Below the pieces are notes generated by a model that ran no database searches, had not been told where the DNA came from, and saw only the letters and a list, made by a program, of their open reading frames with translations. A stretch of DNA of 63,608 bases, filler included, from Octopus bimaculoides (taxonomy: Eukaryota): assembly GCF_001194135.2 (NCBI RefSeq). It is 5 parts of 5 records of this genome, joined end to end, with 100 filler letters (N's around TTAATTAATTAA, not from the genome) between each part and the next. Parts side by side here need not be neighbours in the genome. Positions count along the whole stretch, not along the records: positions 1 to 30,200 come from NC_069000.1; positions 30,301 to 52,575 come from NC_068985.1; 3 more parts are not named here. One strand, written 5' to 3'. Position numbers and translations under genes: made by a program. Positions 27,429 to 40,079 of this stretch are shown here, piece after piece. Each line of letters starts with the position of its first letter. Positions within the stretch are counted from its first letter, which is position 1.

Positions 27429-27720
27429 GAGAGTATGTGACTGTGTGGATTTGCACGTGCTTCGAAGTGTGCATGTATATGTATGCGCATGCGAATGAGT
27501 GTTCCAATATCAGGGAATACGTTTGTCAGTGCGCATGTATGACAGTATGCGTGTATATATGTGTGTCCTCGTGCGCTCGTGCGGTGTGCGCATATTTGGG
27601 TATCTCGGCTTCTGCATGTATATGTATATAAATAATAGTATGCAGGTATTTACTTTACATGAGTCATATAACATACATATAAATATATATTTATATTCAG
27701 TGAGAGATACATATATATAT
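26780..27720. repeat. TG-rich degenerate simple-repeat region including a 14-bp unit (GTACTTGTATGTAT) tandem at ~27270-27375
   Basis: Direct observation. Confidence 0.85.
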
Positions 27721-27853
27721 ATANNNNNNNNNNNNNNNNNNNNNNNNNNNNNNNNNNNNNNNNNNNNNNNNNNNNNNNNNNNNNNNNNNNNNNNNNNNNN
27801 NNNNNNNNNNNNNNNNNNNNNNNNNNNNNNNNNNNNNNNNNNNNNNNNNNNNN

Positions 27854-27893
<40 letters not shown>

Positions 27894-28129
27894 TGTATAT
27901 TACATAAATTACGCATTTGTATTATGTGTATAATATATATACACACGCAAATATGCATACATGTATCCGTCCTCCTATTTATTCTTTCCTCCAATTATCC
28001 ATCCATACATCTATCCATCCATCCATCCATCAATCCATCTATCCGTCCACACACACACATAGAGACATGACTCCGAGTGTATACGTCTATGTGAATGAAG
28101 CAGTGAGATACAGTGAGTTAAAGCGAAAG

Positions 28130-28173
<44 letters not shown>

Positions 28174-28619
28174 GGGGGGGCGAGACAGAGACAGAAATCA
28201 AAAACAGAGTAAAAGAGGCGAGTAGCAACAATTTGCGTGCTAATTGCATCAGTACTACGTATCCCGAAATTCATGAGTCCGTCCATGTGCGCGTTCGAAT
28301 GCGTGTGGTTGTTTGTAAGCGTGTATGCACGTGAAACTCTACGAGTGTGTTTGGATGCAAATACATACAATATGGTGCATGTTAAAGGGAGATGTCTCCA
28401 AGACTTTATGCAAGATCGCAGTTTCAACGTTCTACCCTCGCGCACGCATATATTATATATATATATATATATATGCTCCAGCATTACCACAGCCTTAGGG
28501 TTGAAACGTATGGAAATGTTAAAAGAATATATATACATCATCCACATATGTATAATTGTGCATGTATACATACATGTTTGTATGCCTGCATATAAATATA
28601 TATATATATNNNNNNNNNN

Positions 28620-28661
<42 letters not shown>

Positions 28662-28966
28662 CGTTTGTATTTGTTTATATATAAGTATGTATGTATGTAT
28701 GTATGTATGTATGTATGTATGTATGCATGTATATAACACATTAATAAATATTTACATTTGCATACAAAGGTAACTCTGCGAGAGTATGCGCGCGCGTGCC
28801 TACTCATGCGTGAATGTGCATGTGAGCGTGTGCGTTTGCCTCTGTGAATGTATGTGTGTGTGTGTTTGTGTGTTTGTGTGTGTATGTGTGAAAGAGACAG
28901 AGTGTGTGTGTGTGTGTGCGTGAAAATGTGTGTGTATGCCTGTATGTGTGTTTAGACCGCAGAGCG

Positions 28967-29007
<41 letters not shown>

Positions 29008-29139
29008 TATATATATATATGTTATAATCTACAGAAGACCAAAAGTGACATAACAGCTAATTCGGAAGAATAACAGGTATAGAAGAATACAGAAAAAAAG
29101 AACAAGTCAGTAAATCGAAGATTATGTAAAGAGAAGATT

Positions 29140-29218
29140 ATGACGACTACGATGCTGAATATTATGATGACAACGAGGTTGATGATGATGATGATGATGA
29201 TGATGCAGATGATGCAGG

Positions 29219-29264
<46 letters not shown>

Positions 29265-29354
29265 GGTGATGGTGATGGTGATGATGATGACGACCACGAT
29301 GACGATGATGGTGATAAATATTAGTTTGACGATTATGACGAAGACGACGACGAC

Positions 29355-29407
<53 letters not shown>

Positions 29408-29450
29408 CGATGGTGGTGATGGTGATGATGGTGTTGATGATGATGATGAC
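29140..29450. repeat. (GAT)/(GGT)/(GAC) trinucleotide repeat
   Basis: Direct observation. Confidence 0.95.
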
Positions 29451-30161
29451 TAGTCACGTGCATTTCGATCGTTGACAGTGACACTGGCTCCCTGCTGCGG
29501 TCTCAAGAATCCGTTATTTTTCTTGTTTTTCCTCTACTACTACTACTACTACTATTACTACTACTACTACTAGTAATTGCATCGACGCTTCCACTTACTA
29601 GTGCAACCAATATATATTAGTACTACTACAAATTCGTTTGTATCAGTCCTAGCATATGGAGTATGGTTGGAAAGTACGTGTCGGTTCTGTTGGTTCTAGC
29701 AAGTTTGACACTAACTACAACATGCACGCACATACACACATGCACAAACATTCATACACACATACAGAAACAAATATGCACGAAGGACACAGACACACAC
29801 ACATACACATACACGATCACACAAATGCACACACACTTAAAGCGATAACTAACAAACTTGTATTAAACAAATGTAAGGTACACTTGCATACGAATGCACA
29901 CATGCATACACACACATATACGTGCTTGTGTGCATAACGGTTTAAACTTTAATTAAGCGCTCTTCATAGATGCATACGCATGTGTGGGTGTATAGAGTAT
30001 ATAGTCTCTGTAGTTACGTATTCTACATCACGCATAGCTAAAGACACCGCACATGCACAAACGTATCCATATGTATATACACCACTCTAACAGTATATAT
30101 AGCAATCGCTTCCTACATCTACCAGAAGGTATACATCTATGTGATGTACATACATACATAT

Positions 30162-30200
<39 letters not shown>

Positions 30201-30300
30201 NNNNNNNNNNNNNNNNNNNNNNNNNNNNNNNNNNNNNNNNNNNNTTAATTAATTAANNNNNNNNNNNNNNNNNNNNNNNNNNNNNNNNNNNNNNNNNNNN
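30201..30300. other. Assembly join marker (N44-TTAATTAATTAA-N44)
   Basis: Exactly 100 bp with a central all-six-frame stop linker; identical blocks occur at 52576, 60437 and 62481. Confidence 0.95.
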
Positions 30301-30312
30301 TTAGGGATTCAC

Positions 30313-30343
<31 letters not shown>

Positions 30344-30369
30344 CACGTTCTCATTTTTATATATATAGA
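30301..30369 (-). mobile_element. 5' end of a non-autonomous Helitron-like element, cut by the assembly join
   Basis: Minus strand reads A|TCTATATATATAAAAATGAGAACG-(TGTC)n-GTGAATCCCTAA, homologous to the + strand element starting at 60703. Confidence 0.65.
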
Positions 30370-30399
30370 TATATATAATCAAGGTGCAGGAAAGGCGTG

Positions 30400-31336
30400 A
30401 TCCAACAGGAACAGTAGTCCACACACACACAGGAGTGCACACACAAAATAACACACATACCTGGCACACATCCTTACGCTCTCATACACATACGCACGCA
30501 CACACACATAAACACACACACACGCATACACACACGCACACACACCTCTCACATACACAAACACACATACACATACACACACGTACACACATACACATAT
30601 ACATACATGCACACACGCACACACACCTCTCACGTACACAATACTCACTCACATACACAACACACACTCACACAAACACGCATACAACTACACACACAAG
30701 GGGCATAAATGACACACGCACATGAACGTATGTAAGCAAACACACGCACACACACACACACAGGAACGCACNNNNNNNNNNNNNNNNNNNNNNNNNNNNN
30801 NNNNNNNNNNNNNNNNNNNNNNNNNNNNNNNNNNNNNNNNNNNNNNNNNNNNNNNNNNNNNNNNNNNNNNNNNNNNNNNNNNNNNNNNNNNNNNNNNNNN
30901 NNNNNNNNNNNNNNNNNNNNNNNNNNNNNNNNNNNNNNNNNNNNNNNNNNNNNNNNNNNNNNNNNNNNNNNNNNNNNNNNNNNNNNNNNNNNNNNNNNNN
31001 NNNNNNNNNNNNNNNNNNNNNNNNNNNNNNNNNNNNNNNNNNNNNNNNNNNNNNNNNNNNNNNNNNNNNNNNNNNNNNNNNNNNNNNNNNNNNNNNNNNN
31101 NNNNNNNNNNNNNNNNNNNNNNNNNNNNNNNNNNNNNNNNNNNNNNNNNNNNNNNNNNNNNNNNNNNNNNNNNNNNNNNAAACAACACACGCACATACAG
31201 AAGCAAACGCACGCACACACACGTACACAGCAACGCACATATACACAACATACACATACACACAAACACACACGCACGCACAAAAACATACACATACACA
31301 CACGTGCACGTACAAAATACACACACACACATACAG

Positions 31337-31369
<33 letters not shown>

Positions 31370-31942
31370 GACACACACACACACACGCACACGTACCCAA
31401 CACCTACAACCCCACACAAACACACGCACTTCCACATACACCCATCCACGCACGCACGCACACAGAAGACACACACACAGACCGGCACAAACGAACCCAC
31501 ATATACACACATGCAAATGAACCCGCACATAACTCCTACACATACACAACACGCACTCACACACATACACCCAAGTATACATACATACACACACGCACAC
31601 ACATCATATGCACATACACACGCACACATACAAGGCACATACACACACATGTAGAAACGAACTCACTTACACACACATGCAATTGAACCTACACACAACT
31701 CCTACACACACACGCACACACACACACCCAGGTGCACATACATGTACACACACGCAAATGAACCCACACATAACTCACATACACACACAACAAACAGTGA
31801 CACATACACGAACACATANNNNNNNNNNCACACACACACACCCAGGTGCACATACATGTACACACACGCAAATGAACCCACATATAACTCACATACACAC
31901 ACAACAAACAGTGACACATACACGAACACATACTACGCATAT

Positions 31943-31984
<42 letters not shown>

Positions 31985-32304
31985 AATAACCCACACGCGA
32001 TCCACAAAGCAAACCACACGCATATACACACACATATATATACATATACACACACGTACACAAAAAATACAGGTACACACTGCTAGGAAATCACACCCAC
32101 ACAATACAAACACACACGCACACACACATACTCAAAAACTGCCTGCTGACCTTCCACTGACCATTGTCCATAAGCACCACCTAACTATTCCTGCTACTAA
32201 TTCCTTCCACTACGTCACACACACACACACACAAACACACACAAACACACACATACACACTAACAGATAAACAACCAAACCACGCACACACACACACACA
32301 CACA
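30400..32304. repeat. CA-rich degenerate simple-repeat region with gaps
   Basis: Direct observation. Confidence 0.9.
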
Positions 32305-32845
32305 NNNNNNNNNNNNNNNNNNNNNNNNNNNNNNNNNNNNNNNNNNNNNNNNNNNNNNNNNNNNNNNNNNNNNNNNNNNNNNNNNNNNNNNNNNNNNNNN
32401 NNNNNNNNNNNNNNNNNNNNNNNNNNNNNNNNNNNNNNNNNNNNNNNNNNNNNNNNNNNNNNNNNNNNNNNNNNNNNNNNNNNNNNNNNNNNNNNNNNNN
32501 NNNNNNNNNNNNNNNNNNNNNNNNNNNNNNNNNNNNNNNNNNNNNNNNNNNNNNNNNNNNNNNNNNNNNNNNNNNNNNNNNNNNNNNNNNNNNNNNNNNN
32601 NNNNNNNNNNNNNNNNNNNNNNNNNNNNNNNNNNNNNNNNNNNNNNNNNNNNNNNNNNNNNNNNNNNNNNNNNNNNNNNNNNNNNNNNNNNNNNNNNNNN
32701 NNNNNNNNNNNNNNNNNNNNNNNNNNNNNNNNNNNNNNNNNNNNNNNNNNNNNNNNNNNNNNNNNNNNNNNNNNNNNNNNNNNNNNNNNNNNNNNNNNNN
32801 NNNNNNNNNNNNNNNNNNNNNNNNNNNNNNNNNATACGTACATAC

Positions 32846-32894
<49 letters not shown>

Positions 32895-34149
32895 CGAATA
32901 ACCGATACGCCGCCCTCACTGGACAGTCTATGATAGCCGACGCGTCCAGACATTGTCTGCACTAATCAAGTCTCTACAGCAGAGGTTCTCAACCATTTTG
33001 TTTTATCTACATAAACACAGCCAGCAGAATATGGAACTAATGCGTATCCAAATGGGTGCTGAGACACGTAAATAACCCTAGTCGTCCTACTGAAAATCTC
33101 TAGTTTTCTCGGCTTCTCGTGTGACTGGTCCAAAACGTCAGGTACGAAACATTGAAGCTTGTTGTCTAGCATATATGACCCTTAATTTAATACAAATCTG
33201 GAGTATGTCAGGACGCAAACTTCCTGGAATCACAAACACACAGTAGACCTTTCGTTGCGGTATCACACACATGTGTATATGTGGCCTAGTGTGTAGATAT
33301 TCAGCTCACGATCACAAAGCCATGTGTTCATTCCATGATTCCGGTATCATGTTGTGTCCTTGAGCAAGATACTTCACATTATTTCTGTTTATTGAAAACA
33401 AGTACCGTCCAAATCCCGCTGCACCTCTGCCTGTCTGTCTGTTTTTCTCTCTGCGACAATGAAACACTACCATTTTTATCGTATGAAAGGTGTAGTGTTG
33501 TAGTACAGACGGGAGCTTCGTGTTTCTACAGTCATCCACGCGGTTGTCTCCTCAATTGCTAATGCTCTTTAAGAAGACCCGTCAGTGTGTATGAGATGGT
33601 GTCTTGGTCTTCGTTAAAATCCAAGAACAATAAGGAATGTATCTTCTCCTGAGCTTCGCCATAAACACTTCGCTCATTTCTGCTTCACCAACACCAAAGC
33701 TAACTTTTTTTTTTTTGTAAATATTGACCTACAAATATCGTAGCCGAATATCAAATACCACCTCAGTCTTATCAGTCTAGGATGCTTGTAACGGTTATTT
33801 GATATCCTGCCTTGAATAACTTTTATATCAATAAAATAACAGACCACTCCTAATTCTTTAATGGTGGATTGTGCTAAGTCAGTGTACGAAAGCAACCGTC
33901 GGTTAGGGTTGATTATGTATCAACACCAGGGACGATGCTCTGCAGAGCCTGGACAAGGTTACGTTTTTCATGGAAGAGCCACAGATGTCTATGTAGCAAA
34001 ATAAACAAAGAGAAAAAAAGCTGAAAGAGTGAGTAGAAACGGTGGCTGGTTGGATTAACTGAGTTGTGCTATTTGTTTTATGTTTATTTGCATTCTGAGC
34101 TGACTTCGCCTTTCATTATCCACCCACCAGACTTCGATAAAATACGTTT

Positions 34150-35095
34150 CAGGTTTCAAATTTTGGCACAAGGCCCACTATTTCGGAGGAGGCGGTAAGT
34201 CGATTACATCGCCCCCAGTGCTCAACTGGTGCTTATTTTATCGATTCCGAAAGGGTGAAAGGAAAAGTCGACCTCGGCAGAATATACATCTCAGTAATGT
34301 TAACGACAACCCTAAGAGTTGGAGAAGAAAGTGAAGAGGTTGGAGAATGAGAAGAGGGAAAAAATTTTAAATTGGTTAATAAAGATTTCTAACATCGGCA
34401 CAAGTCCAGGAATCTTAATGCAGAGCTAAATATTAGATTATATGAATACCAGTTCTTAACTGGTATTTCATTTTATTGACCTCGAGCGAATGAAATACAA
34501 AGCTGACTCGGTGGGATTTTAACTCAAAACGTACGGAGATGGGACTAGATACCTCAAAAGATTTCACCCCACACCCTAACTATTCTGCTTGACTAAAATA
34601 AATAATGTTACTTAACACAGGCCCAAGGTCTCACTTTTTTTTTCTTAGTAAAGAACCAGTCGATTATGTCTCCAGCATCAACAGTCGATCGTTTCTAATT
34701 ACGACACGAGATCAGGAATTTCGAGTGATGGGGTTAATCCATCCACATATTACTTGACTGCTATTTTATTTTTCCCAATTCCGGAGTGATGAAAGGTAAA
34801 GTTTACCTCAGTGGGATTTGAACTCAGAAGATAGAGTCATAATTAAAAGCCATAACGATTCCACCCTCAATGATTATTTCTCATTTAGATACAAGGCCAG
34901 CAATTTTTTGTGAGTGGGAAGGTGATAGGTGGATTACATTAATCTAAATACTAGACAGTATTTTATTTTATCCACCCTGGAGGGTTGAAAGGCAAAGTTA
35001 AACCTTGGTGGAATTTGAATTCAGAAATTAAAAAGGCCGTAAGTAGGCACCGCAAGGTATTTGATCCGATGCTCCAACGATTCTGCTAATCAGAA
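34150..35095 (-). mobile_element. Array of about four degenerate family A SINEs
   Basis: Repeated ggcacaaggcc..gtcgattacatc..tttatcga..gaaaggcaaagt..atttgaactcaga motifs at ~34150, 34390, 34700 and 34880. Confidence 0.7.
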
Positions 35096-36540
35096 GATTA
35101 AATAAAAAAATTAAAACTAATACCAACAGATGTCCCCTTTCGTTTCAAACTATTGCAATTCTCAATGTGAGTCAGTTACGCATTGGCCATTAACAAGTCC
35201 TAAGGTCAAACACTGTAGGTTGTCGGTCTCCACCTAGAAGAAGGTTGTTTCTCATATAGTCAGTTGTATGTAGGTTGTACTAGAGTAGGAAACCCAAAGA
35301 AACTTTTCATATATGCTCCAACGAAAAAAGTTAAAAACATTGTATAAACTGAAAACAAAGGCGAGAGGAGGTAGTGAAAAATGAGAGAAAAGCGAATCAG
35401 AAGAGAAAAGAGAAGAAAAGAAGAGACGCATAGTATTTCTGAACAATGTCCGAAGTCCCAAATAACATTTAAATCAATCGTGGTCAGTCTTTTTGTGAAG
35501 GGTGATGCGTGAGACATGATTCCTGGGCCGCACTGTTGAAAAACAACAAAATAATAGCCTAAGTAATTTTTCCCTTTGTCGTGCCATTCACAGAGTCCTA
35601 CAGGCCACAGTTTGCCGTGACTGGTAAAAATAAACCATGGCAGTGAATATTTTATGTATGCAATTCAGATTTATCTAAATTCACATTCCACCTGAGTTAT
35701 TTCCACCTGAATTATTTCCTCTAGCTCCAATTCCCCCCCCCCCCCANNNNNNNNNNNNNNNNNNNNNNNNNNNNNNNNNNNNNNNNNNNNNNNNNNNNNN
35801 NNNNNNNNNNNNNNNNNNNNNNNNNNNNCAATTTAAGTAATTTCTTTTAATTTTAGCGGCCAAAATCCCCTCGAAACTTTATAACTTTTTGTAAAATTCT
35901 GTCAATCGACTGATTTATCTATCAAGCTAGAGGTGATTATGCTCTGCCGATGAGATCCTTTAAGACCTAAACATATCTACTAGCAATCACGTAACGAAGA
36001 TTAAAATTTTCCCTAAAAGTATAATTTTCATTGAAATTCTTAAATTTTTGAAATGCTCCCTTTTTTTTTAGGATGTCCCTAGCAAGTACCACATGAATTA
36101 TTAAACTATACTTTCTCAAATTTGGAGGCAAATTTTGATTCATTAAATTGGGTTTGTGTGTATGTGTGTGCGCGCGTGTGTGTGCGTGTGTGCGTGCATG
36201 TGTGCCAGAAATTGCTACGAGGTTTTCCTTTCCTTTCACAAGTAAGAGGCATATTTCACTTAGTTGAGAAGTTTTTGCAGAGTCATTCATTAAATCACCA
36301 CCACCTAACTGAATTATATAACTTCATGTTAATTAGCCTAGAAGATATTCCCTTAATTTTTCTGATATATATATATATATAAACACACTCACTCATACAT
36401 ATATGCATAATTTCACGCATGCTTACGTACGAAAATACCTACCTATATACATACATCTATCCATAAGTACGTACGTGCGTTCGTATGCATGTACATACAT
36501 ACATAATACATACATACATACATATATATGTACGTACATA

Positions 36541-36884
36541 CTGCCTCAACAAAAACCTGGAAAAATTAGGGTTCTCAAAACCTGAAAGAAAAAGGCTGAT
36601 TAGAAGACTACAGATTCAAGCCATCAATGGAACTGTAAAGATATGTAAAACTTTCCAAACATTTAGCACATAAATACATATGCATGCATCTAGACATAAA
36701 AACGCATCCATAAAACAAACATACAAATCTGCGCATACACTAACACCAAATACTGCACACACACACATATGCACAAATACCTAGATGATGTTGAGAAAAG
36801 TTCCAATGAAGGAGCCTTGAATCTATGTTAGAGTCCGGCTCTTTCTCTATGGACAAGAAATACAGAAATGAAACTGATTGATAA
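36541..36884 (+). mobile_element. 5'-truncated 3' end of an R4/Dong-like (restriction-like endonuclease) non-LTR retrotransposon embedded in (CATA)n
   Basis: Encodes LNKNLEKLGFSKPERKRLIRRLQIQAINGTVKICKTFQTF* plus a ~210-bp 3' UTR homologous to 50695-51520. CATA repeats lie on both sides. The clade call is inferred from the C-terminal motif. Confidence 0.6.
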
Positions 36885-36984
36885 CATACATACATACATA
36901 TATACATACATACATACATGCATGCATGCATGCATACATACATACATACATACTGGTTATATGTCTTTTCGTATATCTTTTCAG

Positions 36985-37080
36985 AAATGCCTGGTTCTAT
37001 GCTACCGGTTCTGGAATTAGATCCGAAGACCTTTATTCCTCAGAGTATGGCCATCTCTCGCTATTTGGCAAGAGAATTTG
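36985..37080 (+). CDS. S-crystallin / sigma-class GST-like gene, first visible coding exon: (x)MPGSMLPVLELDPKTFIPQSMAISRYLAREFG
   Basis: ttttcag acceptor and GTGAGT donor; 96 bp, phase 1 to phase 1. LPVL...QSMAISRYLAREFG is the conserved GST-N/S-crystallin glutathione-binding segment. Confidence 0.95.
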
Positions 37081-37722
37081 GTGAGTGGAAGTGTTTTCTA
37101 ATTTCTTACATTTCTTATTGCTTTTATCGTTACTACAACGGTAAAATTTACTTTTTTATTAATTAATTATAATTAAGTAATTTTGACTAAAAGAAAGCAA
37201 TTATTAAAGTTTCCACTGTTTAGAAAATTCCTAAAAATTCCAGTTTTAATATATTTTTATGAAAATTAATTATTTGTATATATAAATTATTTATACATGT
37301 AGAACCAATGACATGCTGTCCCTCTACTTTGCAACAAATGCAGAAAGGACTTACAACGTCTACACCCCTTCTTCCGCCCTCAGCTTCATAGATGTAAGCA
37401 TATGCCCAGTTCCATTTCTGAGTAGAACACAGCTCAGTATTCTTAGCACAGCTATGATAATCCCTGTTAACTATGTTTCATGAAGAAGGAACGCTGCAGT
37501 AATTTATCCCAGCTTTACTCTCTGAGCTCTGGTTCACAAATGATCTTCAGACGTAACACTTTGAATAATAATTTTGAACTCTGTCCACCACATAACTTGA
37601 GCGGTACTTATTTGCATTGAATCTCTGAATGTAAAAAAAGCAGTGACTAAATATTGCAGTCATTTTATCTCACGCTTTAGCGGTTCTGCCAACCCACTAT
37701 GCTAGCACTGCGACCTCATAAT

Positions 37723-37793
<71 letters not shown>

Positions 37794-38610
37794 NNNNNNN
37801 NNNNNNNNNNNNNNNNNNNNNNNNNNNNNNNNNNNNNNNNNNNNNNNNNNNNNNNNNNNNNNNNNNNNNNNNNNNNNNNNNNNNNNNNNNNNNNNNNNNN
37901 NNNNNNNNNNNNNNNNNNNNNNNNNNNNNNNNNNNNNNNNNNNNNNNNNNNNNNNNNNNNNNTATATATATATGCACAAGATCAAAAAGTTTGAAAAATA
38001 ACTTACTTGATTAATCATCAGCGATAAATCCCCCAAATTAGTGTTTTACAAACGAAATCATTTGTGATATTTGTTCTGCACCGAGTTACATATACTCCAG
38101 TATCATGCATATCATCGGAAGTGCAGTGAATCAGTAAATCTACCGCTGGAAGCATATTACCAACGAAAGCTACTGATTACACAATTTGTGTTATTAAAAT
38201 TAGTCAGTTAATCGCGCAGTCAACAACACGTTCTAGGATAAATACATTTTATACATACGAGACTAATAACCTGGTACAGAACGAAGCGTTAGTCGAGTAT
38301 AGAGCGGCAATAAGGAAATGAGATGACAAAAGAATAAAGTACACATCATATTCGAGGCTCTGATGAAGCTATAAGGTGTTACTCAGGCACTCAACTATGA
38401 GTTCATTACATCTCATAGCAGAAACAGCTGTAAAGTAATGAAGTTCATAAGATAATCGTTTGTTCTCTTATCATCTCATTTTCTTGTGTGTATATATGTA
38501 TGTATATGTATATATATATATGGGAGAATTTACGAAAAAAACAACAGACGAAGACAGGTGGTGTAAACAACAAATGGATGCATTAGTATAACGCTCGGGA
38601 ATAGAGAAAG

Positions 38611-38650
38611 TCTTTGACGTTTCGTGCCTACGCTCTTCAACTGAAAAGAA
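38611..38650 (-). ncRNA. Degenerate hammerhead-like motif in a PLE-type terminal remnant (~38520-38700), antisense within an intron
   Basis: Minus strand: TCTTT-t-CAGTTGA-a-GAGC-gtag-GCAC-GAAA-CG-TC-AAAGA. Stem I TCTTT/AAAGA and GAAACGTC are present; the core deviates at two positions. Confidence 0.4.
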
Positions 38651-38892
38651 CACAGAAAGAAACAATGAGAGAAACAAGGAGATAAAAAAATATAAATGTA
38701 GTGGTCAGCGATCTATCATGGCGAATGATAGATAGATAGATAGATACATACATACATACATNNNNNNNNNNATGGCGAATGATAGATAGATAGATAGATA
38801 CATACATACATACATACATACATACATACATACATACTTACATACATACATACATACATATACACATATGTTGCTATTGTGTCTTTCTGCAG

Positions 38893-39008
38893 GGTTCCAT
38901 GGTCAGAACAATCTAGAAATGTTCAGAGTTGATGCCATCTGTGATTGTTTTCAAGACATCTGCAATGAATACATGTTGATGTACCACGAGAAGGATCCAA
39001 CAAGGAAG
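38893..39008 (+). CDS. S-crystallin / sigma-GST-like gene, next exon: (G)[38 protein letters not shown]
   Basis: tttctgcag acceptor and GTGAAT donor; 116 bp, phase 1 to phase 0, in frame with the previous exon. Matches the S-crystallin FHG.NNM.M.RVD.ICDCF pattern. Confidence 0.95.
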
Positions 39009-39066
39009 GTGAATGTCAATCGGATTTTCTCTCTCTCTTTATATCCCTCTGCTATCCTATTCTCTC

Positions 39067-39099
<33 letters not shown>

Positions 39100-40079
39100 T
39101 TCTCNNNNNNNNNNNNNNNNNNNNNNNNNNNNNNNNNNNNNNNNNNNNNNNNNNNNNNNNNNNNNNNNNNNNNNNNNNNNNNNNNNNNNNNNNNNNNNNN
39201 NNNNNNNNNNNNNNNNNNNNNNNNNNNNNNNNNNNNNNNNNNNNNNNNNNNNNNNNNNNNNNNNNNNNNNNNNNNNNNNNNNNNNNNNNNNNNNNNNNNN
39301 NNNNNNNNNNNNNNNNNNNNNNNNNNNNNNNNNNNNNNNNNNNNNNNNNNNNNNNNNNNNNNNNNNNNNNNNNNNNNNNNNNNNNNNNNNNNNNNNNNNN
39401 NNNNNNNNNNNNNNNNNNNNNNNNNNNNNNNNNNNNNNNNNNNNNNNNNNNNNNNNNNNNNNNNNNNNNNNNNNNNNNNNNNNNNNNNNNNNNNNNNNNN
39501 NNNNNNNNNNNNNNNNNNNNNNNNNNNNNNNNNNNNNNNNNNNNNNNNNNNNNNNNNNNNNNNNNNNNNNNNGTGGTGAAGCTGGTGATGGTGATGGTGG
39601 TGGTGGTGAAGGTGGTGGTGGTGAAGCTGGTGATGGTGGTGGTGGTGAAGCTGGTGATGGTGAAGCTGGTGATGGTGGTGAGGACGTTAGTACTGGTGGT
39701 GGTGTAGGTGATGGCAGTGGTGGTTACTGTCGCCATCGTTGAAGTGGTGTAGTTTTAGTGGTTACATGGTTGTGAATTTGCTAGCAGTAGTGTGAAAGGT
39801 AGTGAAATACTGTCTCTGGCAAATCTGCTCTTTTTAATTCAGACATTATATATACAGTTCATTATATTATATCCATGATAAACACTAGGATCTGTCCACC
39901 TAGATGTAAATAAGTGCGACAGTGTAATCCTATAGTTCACTTTGATGTTCGTAGGTTGGAGCGACGAAGACCGTCGAGTCATCCAAGCGTGGGAGTTGGG
40001 GTTGAAATTTGTAGGTGCGCTGATGACTGAGAAGGGCAAACCACGCCCAAGAAGTTGTTTAGCTGTGTGAACAGGGAAT

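Noticed and set aside
30245-30256. Recurrent perfect palindrome TTAATTAATTAA (also 52620, 60481, 62525)
   Set aside because: It is always centred in exactly 44+44 Ns. It is a synthetic six-frame-stop scaffold linker, not biology, and contiguity across these points is unproven.
31721-31931. ~100-bp direct repeat either side of a 10-N gap (similar case at 38718-38810)
   Set aside because: This is the pattern of overlapping contig ends joined with a minimal gap, so it is probably an assembly duplication.
5358-32962. Dozens of ORF-track hits with poly-H/Y/C-V/T-H/I-Y composition
   Set aside because: They are translations of di-, tri- and tetranucleotide microsatellites and N-runs, with no coding signal.
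39573-39745. Gly/Glu/Asp-rich frame (GEAGDGDGGGGEG...) in the intron where long-loop S-crystallins have their insert exon
   Set aside because: It is a degenerate GGT/GAT repeat like others in the window, it runs into a TGA, and I found no phase-0 donor. Its 5' side is lost in a gap, so it cannot be fully excluded.
40015-40065. CTGATGA followed by a GGGC/GCCC stem
   Set aside because: There is no GAAA at the right position and no stem I or stem III pairing, so it is not a supportable hammerhead.
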